Origin: Diplonema japonicum
Lineage: Eukaryota; Protista; Euglenozoa: Diplonemea
DNA: 64,000 nucleotides
Assembly: GCA_964019335.1 (NCBI GenBank)
Contig: OZ025680.1
Coordinates: 1 to 64,000, forward strand
Direction of reading: 5' to 3'
How positions within the stretch are numbered: position 1 is the stretch's first letter; the number at the start of each line of letters is the position of its first letter. Of this stretch, positions 55,169-64,000 are shown piece by piece. A model generated the notes under the pieces. That model was not told the origin of the DNA and searched no databases. It worked only from the letters and a program-made list of their open reading frames with translations. The translations under genes were made by a program, and so were the position numbers.

Positions 55169-55530
55169 ATGACTTTGGTTGCTTATAAGCCGCCTGGCGT
55201 ACAAGCAACTGCAGGCACAGTCTACTTGATTACAGGGGGTGCTCCTCGGCCGAGTTGTAGCTTCTTCTGCGTTCCGCGTCGTGTCCTTAATGCGTGCGGT
55301 GTATAACTCAACCCCAGCCGGGGCGCCCCGGGTAACCAAGATTCTGCGCTCGTGCAGTTTGCTGCATGTTCGTCACCCTGAGCATCTGCAATACCTTCTC
55401 CCACTCGGGCGCTACCGGTGATGACCGACGAGGAGGTCAACAGCGAACAACACATCTGATGTACTTCTTATATTTCCATGTTATCCCCACCACCAATAAA
55501 GTACAGAAACTGTAGCTTAGAATCGTTGGT
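55169..55530 (-). mobile_element. SL-headed short non-autonomous retroelement (about 360 bp)
   Basis: SL at 55494-55530. The 3' end CTGCA..CTT..ACGCCA...GCAACCAAAG.CAT is shared with the LINE 3' UTR (3781-3822) and is followed by a T-tract. A second copy lies at 59074-59286. Confidence 0.8.
55494..55530 (-). other. Second genomic SL exon copy, ACCAACGATTCTAAGCTACAGTTTCTGTACTTTATTG
   Basis: Matches 10366-10402 except for one missing internal A and one extra 5' A. Confidence 0.92.
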
Positions 55531-55808
55531 GGGAAAGAAAGAAATGAAGAACGGAAGGAACAGAAAGGCTAAAAATAACTATTTATAACTATGTGTCTTT
55601 GTTGTTCGCACGCAAAAAAAAAAAAAGTTTTAAAAGCTGCGAAAGTGTTTTGCTCGGCACAAGTACATGTAGTTATAAAATCACTTTTGAAAGATAAATA
55701 TTTGTAACAAAAAGAAAAAAAGAAAATAATAAACGACAGTTTAATACAGCTTTTTAAAAGAAATCCGAAATGCACCGGTGAGCGAAAAGGGGATGATTGC
55801 GTGAATCG

Positions 55809-58800
55809 TCACGTTGCCCCATTCTCTGCAAACACGGAAGACTTCAGCAATGCTGGTGCTGCGGGCCTCTCGTCCGTGGCACGTGTCAAACAGGAAGTGA
55901 TCATGTCGAAGATGTCGCAGCTGACAACAGGTAGCGTGGGCATAAAGGCCTCATCTGAACCTAAGTTATGCAACAACCTCTCTCGTGACATAGACTCATA
56001 AGGGGTGCCCCCCAGCAGCACGATAGTTATAATACCAAAGCCCCATATGTCAGAAGCAAACTCTGTGTGCCCACGGCACGCTTCTGGAGCCATAAAACAA
56101 GGTGTCCCTAGCTGTGTTCCCAGAAAATCTCCCATGCTGCTCGTTCCGTAATCACAAAGCTTGCAGTGTCCCTCAGCACCCAGCAGCACGTTCTCAGGCT
56201 TCAGGTCACTATGCACTACATTATTTGCGTGCAGGTAACTAAGGCCTTTTAGAATATCCTCCAAAAAGGAGGATATGCATTTAAACGGGAGCACTCCGAA
56301 CTGTTCTATGACGCGTGCGAGGGACTCCCCAGGATAATATTCCATCAAGATGAAGAGGGTGTCCTGCGCCACAGCAGTATCGTAATACGCCACTATGTAC
56401 TCGTTAGAAAGACTGCTCAGGACCGAGACTTCAACAATCGGGTTGTTTAGTGACTGTCGAGAGGAAATGGGGTTGGTGGACCTCAACGCAGCTGGGGAAC
56501 ACTTCTCGTTCATGCCCAGCCACACCTTGCCGAGCCGACCCTTGCCCAGCAGCCTGTTGCTGCGATACCATGACTGTCTACTGCTGTCTATAAATGATGA
56601 AGGAATGTGTTTCGCGACTTCCACCTTGACCCTGTCATCTAAGTCACAGCTGTCAATAGACAACCTGGGGGACGCTGGGATGCTGCTTCTGTCGCTGCTT
56701 ACAGAGTACGTAATAAATTGCGCGAGCTCGTCCGGCAGTCTCACACTACCAGTGATAGCCTCGAAGAACGGCCACTCGTCACGAATCTCCCTCACATAGG
56801 TGGCAGGGAAGGGGATTTCACACTGGACAGAATACATGCAGTGCTTCAGGATGCGCCACACTTGCTCATCTTTGCTGTTGTTCTTCGCGAGCTCATTAAA
56901 TGCCTCCAAGGCTTCCTTATAGTTGTTGGCCTCAAAGGAGCTGAACCCAACCATGTACTTCTCCACAACAGGTTCGCGCAGAAGCTCGTACACGTACTCG
57001 TTCTGCTTGTGCACGAATGCGATAACGTCAACAGGCCGTGTAAAGAGTTTTACATTCACCCTGCTGTTGCAAGCTTCCGAGATCAGTACGCGTACGGACA
57101 GCAGATTTGCCAGCTTCACTAGGGATCCACATTGAGTGATCGTTGCGCCCACACACGTGCACGATTTCGTGCTAGCATTGCCAATTGTCCCAAAGTAGAA
57201 GCGTCCAGTGTGCACCGCGGCCGCCCAGTTTTTTGGCCCCTTTACGTCGCTCCTCACCTGATTACTGATAGCCAGGCAGCAGTGACACGCCGCGAAAGGG
57301 TGCCGTACCACGCTGCTGTGACAGTTAAAGGTCGCTACGACAACATCAGCGGCTAAGGAATGAATAACCCCGTCATGCTTCTCCAGCTCTACAATGCAGT
57401 AGTTAAGGTACCTTTCATTCACAGTGCTGACGTCCGTGTACCCAGGGCAGACAATCATCACGGTGCCGATTGTGTTGTTCAACATGGACACAGACCTCGG
57501 CCGCCGAAAAGGGGGGGATCTCGTTTCCGTAGGTTCTTGTTCGGCCTCGACTAATGCCGCCTGTGCGATGTGCGCTCTGTACTGCTGCAGGCACATAACC
57601 ATCTGGACAAACGATTCTTGAATGGACACGATCTCCTTCAGAGACGACTCCTGCATATCATCCAAGCTGTCGATGTGCATCCGAGAGATGGCCTTCATCT
57701 TTTTTTCCAAGTATGAAAGGGGCTTGCTCAGCAGCCTTTTCGTCATTCCGAGGGCCGTGCACCCCAAGATAGTCATGTATACCAGCCAGCCTACCAAAGA
57801 CATGGCTAGCATGTCGCTGGCATATGCAAGCGTCTCGTCTCGCGCATTATTGACTTTTATTTTTGCCTCTGCTGTTATGTTCTTAGTATAATCAAGGATG
57901 TTTGCTGACGACCTCAGCAGCACCGCTTGCAAAGGCAACCCTGAATGGTTTAGAGGGGCTTGGTAGGCCCAGAAGTGTGTTCCGTCAGCCGAGTCCCACT
58001 CCGATTCGGATTCTGCCCCCTCGCCATGTTGCAGCAAGTAGCTATGGTATTCCGCTATGAGCGGGTCGCTTGAGTTCTTGCCTTGTATACTACCGTGGGA
58101 CACTGCGAGAAGTGTACCGTGCTCGATGCCGTGCCATTCCCCTAAAGTAGAAAAGTACACGAGGTACATGCGTGTGACCTCCTCCTCATCATCCACGGCT
58201 AAGGACAGAAGGAAGCTGTGCGGATCGAGAACCCCGAGAACCTCGCCGACATATTCCCCGGATTGCTTAAAACGCGTCACGTAAATGAGTTCGGCGTCCT
58301 CTAGAAGCCAACCGTCGACGGTGTGACTCTCGTGGAAGTGAGAGTGGCTCCCGACGATGGGGCAGGAACCCGATATCTGTACACCCTGAGCCATGCGGCA
58401 AGGTCCCAGGTCAGGTGTAGCATTATGGTTGACTGTGCTTATAAAGGCGGAGTTGCCTGTCTGATTCATGAAGCAGGTGCTATTCACTTCTTTTTTGCGT
58501 GTGTACATTAAGAGGTTGAAGACAGGGAGCTCCATGCTGTATCCCAATCCGACCATTTCCAGAACATCGTATCCATGTGCCACATGGGAGAACATCAGTA
58601 GATGGATGGACTCGCGCGTGCTGTGCTGCAGCAACCAGGCGATCTCGTGCACCCTGCTCTCCAGCAAAGACAGCCTGTACCTGATGCTTGCTATCCTGTG
58701 GGCTGTCGCCTCGATCAGCAACATGTGCCGTGCATGCTGCATATTAGTCTCTCCCGTGAGGAAGCAACTCCGGAGGCTTTCCTCAGTCTCATCCTTGTAA

Positions 58801-58919
58801 ATCGTAAACGAGTGGTTTCCCGTAATGACAAACAAGGTGACTGTCCCTAATCCTGTCAGTAAAATAAGCCCCACGCACAGGATGACCGACAATCCTGACA
58901 CCGACACATGGCATGGCAT
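55809..58919 (-). CDS. Receptor-like protein: TM, extracellular domain, TM, HAMP-like, degenerate nucleotide cyclase-like domain and Ser/Thr kinase domain (intronless)
   Basis: Two hydrophobic segments, SKPLSYL...SSLKEIVSIQESF, DGVIHSLAADVVVATFN...AAVHTG...GTIG, and kinase motifs GKGRLG, HSDLKPEN, DYG, GTPCFMAPE and SDIWGFG. Confidence 0.85.
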   Translation of the reverse strand: MPCHVSVSGLSVILCVGLILLTGLGTVTLFVITGNHSFTIYKDETEESLRSCFLTGETNMQHARHMLLIEATAHRIASIRYRLSLLESRVHEIAWLLQHSTRESIHLLMFSHVAHGYDVLEMVGLGYSMELPVFNLLMYTRKKEVNSTCFMNQTGNSAFISTVNHNATPDLGPCRMAQGVQISGSCPIVGSHSHFHESHTVDGWLLEDAELIYVTRFKQSGEYVGEVLGVLDPHSFLLSLAVDDEEEVTRMYLVYFSTLGEWHGIEHGTLLAVSHGSIQGKNSSDPLIAEYHSYLLQHGEGAESESEWDSADGTHFWAYQAPLNHSGLPLQAVLLRSSANILDYTKNITAEAKIKVNNARDETLAYASDMLAMSLVGWLVYMTILGCTALGMTKRLLSKPLSYLEKKMKAISRMHIDSLDDMQESSLKEIVSIQESFVQMVMCLQQYRAHIAQAALVEAEQEPTETRSPPFRRPRSVSMLNNTIGTVMIVCPGYTDVSTVNERYLNYCIVELEKHDGVIHSLAADVVVATFNCHSSVVRHPFAACHCCLAISNQVRSDVKGPKNWAAAVHTGRFYFGTIGNASTKSCTCVGATITQCGSLVKLANLLSVRVLISEACNSRVNVKLFTRPVDVIAFVHKQNEYVYELLREPVVEKYMVGFSSFEANNYKEALEAFNELAKNNSKDEQVWRILKHCMYSVQCEIPFPATYVREIRDEWPFFEAITGSVRLPDELAQFITYSVSSDRSSIPASPRLSIDSCDLDDRVKVEVAKHIPSSFIDSSRQSWYRSNRLLGKGRLGKVWLGMNEKCSPAALRSTNPISSRQSLNNPIVEVSVLSSLSNEYIVAYYDTAVAQDTLFILMEYYPGESLARVIEQFGVLPFKCISSFLEDILKGLSYLHANNVVHSDLKPENVLLGAEGHCKLCDYGTSSMGDFLGTQLGTPCFMAPEACRGHTEFASDIWGFGIITIVLLGGTPYESMSRERLLHNLGSDEAFMPTLPVVSCDIFDMITSCLTRATDERPAAPALLKSSVFAENGAT

Positions 58920-59073
58920 CAACCCCTGTTGGCATGAGTTCAAGTTCAATGGGAAGTCGAATACGAAAAGACTAACGAAGGAAAAGGCCTTCACCCTAAG
59001 AAATAATCGGAAGCTGCAAGAATCCACCAAAAAGAAATATATAAGATCAAGAGGCCAGTGTTGGAGGCGTCCT

Positions 59074-59286
59074 GCACTGTCTGCTTGATTTACAGGGGGC
59101 ACCGTGGCCGAGCTGTAGCTTCTTTTGCATTCCGTGTAGTGTCCTTGATGTGCAACAACACCTGTTCGTCACCCTGAGCATTGCAATACGTTGGTCCACT
59201 CCAGGGTGCTACCGGTGATGAGCGACGAGGAGGTCAACAGCGAACATCTGATGTACTTCTTTATATCTCCACGTTATCCACACCAC
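59074..59286 (-). mobile_element. Diverged, internally deleted copy of the short element at 55169-55530, lacking the SL
   Basis: Shared blocks gttcgtcaccctgagcat, gctaccggtgatga.cgacgaggaggtcaacagcgaaca and catctgatgtacttctt. Confidence 0.85.
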
Positions 59287-59314
59287 GAGGGAAAAAAAAA
59301 AAAAAACGTACTTC

Positions 59315-59581
59315 TCACCCAAATACGGACTCCGTTAGATAAACCACATTCAGTTTGCCGTCTTCCAACATAAACGTGCTCAGCAAGGCGCTGGGGTTTG
59401 GTGATTGCAAGGAGGGAAGAAAGCAGTAGATGCCCTCATGTTTAATCTCGTTTATCTCCTTGAGCTTCCGAATGGCATCACCAAATGATGCTCTTCTGCT
59501 TAACCGTACCACAGCGGGGACACTCCTCACAGCACCCCAGGGTGCCCGCTCGACGAAACACACTTCAACAGTGCTACTCAT
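59315..59581 (-). CDS. ATG12/ATG8-family ubiquitin-like protein ending in an exposed Gly
   Basis: 88 aa with IYCFL...SPNP and DGKLNVVYLTESVFG*. Confidence 0.7.
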   Translation of the reverse strand: MSSTVEVCFVERAPWGAVRSVPAVVRLSRRASFGDAIRKLKEINEIKHEGIYCFLPSLQSPNPSALLSTFMLEDGKLNVVYLTESVFG

Positions 59582-60011
59582 ATCCTCGTGACCACCCGTG
59601 GAACCTTATGGTTGCGTGAATTGTGATAAGGGGCAAATACAAATACTACGGTAGGCTTTCTCCTCTAGATATACAAGCCATCCAACAGCAACTTCAGGAA
59701 GGCGTGTCTCCCCGAAGTTCGGCTCCCCTACCACCACCACTCTCTTTTAGCAACAACAATTGACCAGTTCGGCTGTAAACAAAAAAAAGAAAAAAAAAAA
59801 AAGGAAAAATCGATTTTTCTTTCTCCTTTTTTTTCTTTTCTTTCTTTCTTTTTTTTTTTTTTTTTTTTTAATTCCCTTGCTAGCCTACCGTTCACGACAA
59901 ATACCGAATAATTGGCTAAAAAACCGTTTTTTTTCTTCTTCCCCCCCCCATTCTTTTTTTTTTCTCTTCTTCCTCTTTGCTGTCATGTTCTCTTCAAGTA
60001 AAACCAAAATG

Positions 60012-60044
<33 letters not shown>

Positions 60045-60088
60045 TAAAGGAGGTTCCTGTTGGAACGTCCCCCTTGTCTCTAAGGTGC

Positions 60089-60126
<38 letters not shown>

Positions 60127-60128
<2 letters not shown>

Positions 60129-63100
60129 AGAGACATTTAAGGGTACCTGCGGTATGTGGCAGGACGCCTGAAGAGTCTCAATCTATCTCTTGATCGAACC
60201 TTTCTGCTGTGGTGTGGCCTTCGGCCCCTCATTCGCCCTCCTCGGTACCTTAGGTATAAAACCCTCAACCGAGTTGGTAAGGACACAATAGTTGTACAGT
60301 TGTTTCTCAAGGATGTGGCGGGTCGCCGGGGAGGCGAATACCGGTCTAGAGGAGTAGCCCCTTATGGAGCCGTTGCAGTAACCCAACGTGCGTAGGGAGT
60401 GGACAGAGGCTACCGAAGCAGCTGGAATGAGGGGCGCTATGCGCTTATTGGTGTGGATGCGTTCTAGTGCCGCTATCACCCGGCCTATGACACGCGCGCT
60501 CTCCTGGATGTCCTCACCCTCTCCACAAGGCGAGAGTCCTTCTGTGGCAATGAAGTCCACGGCCAGCTCAAGCCTGGAGACCTGTCCACCTGTTGTACCC
60601 CAGTGAAGGGCCGAGAGCCATCGGATGACGTGCGGGAATAGTCGCGGGAGGTACTGTTGCCTCAAACCGTTGTCGTAGTACCACCTCAGTGACCGCGGCT
60701 TGAGCAAACACCCCTTCTCGAAGGGCCTGTTCCACAAGTGAACACTAAAGTCCACAGTCTTCTTTCGTGCAAAGGCGAGTTGCAAGTTGCCAGTAATCTC
60801 CGCCATCATTAGCTGTAACTCAGCTGTTTCCAGCACGAGCCCCCCCGTCGCAATGCCATGCAGTTGTGTGCACCGGGGCCACTGGTTACGTTGTGCGCAT
60901 AGTGCCGCCCGCTTCTCGGATGCTGTCCTGATGTGCTCGTGTGCCTGACAGTCCCAGAGGGTGTGCTCCAGGAGCCTTGACGTATGTTGTGAAACGTCGA
61001 AAGTAGCGTCGCAGCCCATGCACTTCGTCCGCCCCCCGACCGTGTCATTGATGACCTTGGGGTGGAATGGGAAAACGGCCCCCACTATCACCTGTAGCAC
61101 CCTTCGAGCTTTGGGCGGATTGCGAGTCGCCAGGTGTAAGTGTAGCCCGTTGGTGGCCTTCTCGTCGATGTTGCCCGTCCCCTGAAAGGAGGGTCTGCTC
61201 TCTTCTAGGGCCGTTCGCAGGTGGACCTTCAGGAGCTTCCTGACCTCGTGCTTCAGGGCCCTTGGCTCCAGGGGTACCCATTGCCGCGCGAACTGCGCCC
61301 AGCTGGACCCCAGTTCCCCCAGCAGTTCGTGGGTCTGTCCGAGCATCCCGCAAGGGCCGAGGGGGCTCCCGCCCCGGGCGGCTTCCTTGTACTTGTCCCT
61401 GCACGTTTTAACGAGTGCCCTGGACCCTTCGTCGCTTTGCATCATTCGCGCAAACGTCGTGATTCTGCGGTATGCGGCTGCTGAATAAGGGTCCAGCCTG
61501 TGACCTTTGAAAGCCACCCCAAGGAGGGCTCCCGATGAGCGAGTCGGGTTGTGTGGGCCCCATATGCAAGAGGTAATCTTCTTCCTGAGGGAGTCCAGAA
61601 GCGAGTCCGTGGGCGGTGTGTAGAGCACTCCGTAGAGCGCCGCTGGGAGGATGCAGTCCTCTATCAGTAGAGCCTTACGCGATCTCGTGATGTGGGTTAC
61701 CGCGAGCCTGTCGACCGCATCCAGCGCCGTGGCAAACCTAGTGTTCTTCGTTCGGGTGGGCTGCAAGCACACTGTGCACCCCAGCATAGTAATGCTTTTC
61801 ACTGTTTCAAATACGGTGTCCCCCATTGTCAGCTTGCCTCTGTATCCCTTCTTGGTGCTGAAGGCCTTTGTTTTCCCCGGGTGTACCGACATGTTCGTCA
61901 GGCGGCAGAGCTCGTCAAGCAGGAGAATGGAACTCTGGACCGCCCTCTCCGAGATCCTAGAGAAGAGGTATAGGTCGTCTGCGTAGGAGATGGGTAGGAC
62001 TTCTGGGGATGTAGCGACGCATCGCCTGGTGTAGGCAGCGAGGATGGCATTGATGAAGACGGGCGAGATAGGGCACCCCTGGAGGATCCCATTTGTGGTG
62101 CGGAACACCTCCCCTACCCCCGCCTGGAAGCGCAGACGTCGGTCGAGGTTGGCGTACATGGATCTTAGTGGTCTTAGGATGTTCTCGGACATGCCCAGTC
62201 TCTCCGCCAGGTCGAACGTTAATGTGACAGGGATGGAGTCGAAACACTTCCTGAAGTCCACTGACAGACCATACAGAGGTTCCGCCCCCTGTCGGGCATT
62301 TTCCACTTGCGCACACACTTTGAAGAGTAGGTCATCCACACCGTGTTTTGGTCTAAATCCGTGCTGTGTCGGAGTGATCCACCGTTCCTGCCACTCGAGA
62401 ATGTCTGGAAGCCTGGCGCACGCCCAAAGGCGGTAGAAGGCACTAGAAACCGTGATCGGGCGATGATCCAGGGGTTCCTCCGACTCAGATTTCGGGATCA
62501 TCGTGATCAGGGCAGTCAGGATGGCCTGTGGCCACACGCCGGTCGTCTCGATCCAGTCAAAGAGGAACAAGAAACCATTGAGGAGCTCCGGGGGTAGGTG
62601 TGCTAGCTCACTCAGCCTCCATCCGTCTACCCCCGCACAGTGTTGCCGCTGTTTCTTGTGGAGGACCTTTTGCAGTTGAGCAAAGGTGAGTTCCGTGGTG
62701 GTCATCGAACAGTGCGGGATATATCCCCCGAAGAATTTCACGAACTCTTCAGTAGCCGGCTCCGGTCTGTCCTTGTACATCTGGAACACAGGACTCCATG
62801 CCTCCCTGAACGCGCGGTCGATCTCGCCAAGGTTGGTGCTGAGCCTCCCGTCAGCCGTCCGGACCGCCAGTAGCTCTCTCGACTGTTTGCCCTGCACCAG
62901 CCCTGCTATGGTCCGTCGATGCTTCGCAAAGTGGTGCTCCATTTCCCTTTTGTGCTTAGTCCCCCGAGCTAACTTGTTGGCGACGTCCATAGTTCTCTGC
63001 AGTTGGAGCACTTTAACCTGCATCTCCGCAGCGTCCTCGGCCAAATCCACCGACGGCGCCGCGTTCTCAGGAATGACGCGTTGATTCACCGCTCGTCGCA

Positions 63101-64000
63101 CCACGTTGTCCCATGCTTTACAGATCTCATGCGGAGGGGCTCCACATAGAGGCTTCAGCCGTCTGATTATAGCCGCACAGCCTACGCGAATATTCTCGAG
63201 CGCAAGATACCTTTTCGAGACGGCACCCATACTGTGCGCTGTAGCAGGCGCCGTAATGCACTTGAGAGTCGGCTCGCCCAGACTCCCTCGCCCAAGGTAG
63301 CTTGGATTAAAGCTTTCCCTTGACGTTCCCAGTAGGTGCCGTTCGCAAATCGAGGAAAGGAACTGGTAGGCGCTGTCCATGTCACCCAGCGCCCTGAAAG
63401 ACGCCAGTGTTTGTAGGAGGTCCGCGGGCGGGGGGCGCCTTTGTCCAGCCGGAGCCGGGGTAATCTGCCTAGGAATGGAAAACCGGTAGGTCGTTTGCTT
63501 GAGCGCTGTGATTCCTAGCCTAAGCCTAAGAGCAAGGTGTGAGGGAACCCCGATGTCGACCGTTTCGCAGTTCTTCAACGTGTGTGCCGCAACTTTGTTG
63601 AGCAGGATGTAGTCCGGCCTGGTCCTCGCTACTGCAGTGACAAAGGTCGGGGGGGTTTCCTCGTCCTTGCGTCCGGCAATAGTTGCGGCTGCGTCCACCC
63701 ACTGGTCCGCAAGTGCTTCAGCTAGTACGGGGGATTCCCCCAATGACGTGTTGAAATCGCCAGTGATCACCACTCCCCCAGCTCACACACGCCGCAAACG
63801 GTTTCATGTAGCAGCTTTTCCCTCTCCAATCTGGCGTTTGCGGTGCCGTCCTTCACCGGACAATATAGCGTGATCACATGCAGCCATGTGTTGGTACCCA
63901 CCGCGATCCTTGCGTGCACCCTCCGCGATGTCGGCATGTCCCCACTGAACACCGTGCTGTCCCGCAGCGCCAGGAGTCGCTTCTTCACCAGGATGCCCAC
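60127..64000 (-). mobile_element. Second, distinct APE-RT non-LTR retrotransposon whose 5' part lies beyond the window
   Basis: HVITLY, ITGDFN, RPDYIL, HRPITV, VDFRKCFD, QGCPIS, YADD and HTLWDC. One frameshift in a G-run near 63775. A ~55-nt 3' UTR is followed by a long T-run on the sense strand. Confidence 0.93.
60183..64000 (-). CDS. LINE ORF2 (AP endonuclease and reverse transcriptase), partial
   Basis: Collinear with, but clearly diverged from, the ORF2 at 3836-8212. Confidence 0.88.

Noticed and set aside
55460-55530. SL-RNA gene, since the exon here is followed by GT
   Set aside because: The downstream sequence is a dispersed repeat with a LINE-like tail, and the exon differs from the other copy by a 1-nt indel. 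This is disfavoured but not fully excluded without the species' SL-RNA intron sequence.
59760-60126. Lys/Phe-rich small ORFs in A/T homopolymer regions (also 46250-46920)
   Set aside because: Intergenic low-complexity tracts.
63767-63785. Programmed frameshift in the second LINE's endonuclease
   Set aside because: It is a single-base loss in a G-run in the middle of a domain, and the first LINE is continuous there. Mutation or sequencing error is more likely.

Overview
Eukaryotic genomic DNA, most likely from a diplonemid (Euglenozoa). Two genomic copies of a diplonemid-type spliced-leader (SL) exon are present. About 20 host genes all lie on the minus strand as one dense unidirectional cluster and are split by very short (about 30-45 nt) GT-AG introns. 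Host genes include a frameshifted GH18 chitinase, a UBL-LRR protein, a formin, GBA2/GH116, an inositol polyphosphate kinase, a PKD2-like channel, Kelch, TBC, LRR-CaaX, Canopy-like and WD40 proteins, a creatine-kinase-type phosphagen kinase, a hexose-6-phosphate epimerase, a CM1 coiled-coil protein, a receptor cyclase-like kinase and an ATG12/ATG8-like protein. The most notable feature is a retrotransposon system. A full-length APE-RT non-LTR element (3782-10402) begins with an almost complete SL exon, has no poly(A) tail and sits between two T10 tracts on its sense strand. Its ORF1 carries a degenerate OTU domain, an AUGA overlap links ORF1 to ORF2, and ORF2 has a 2A-like motif. A ~360-bp SL-headed non-autonomous element (55169-55530) shares its 3' tail motifs. 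A second LINE family and degenerate fragments are also followed by T-rich tracts. All domain calls come from reading motifs by eye, and many exon boundaries are approximate.
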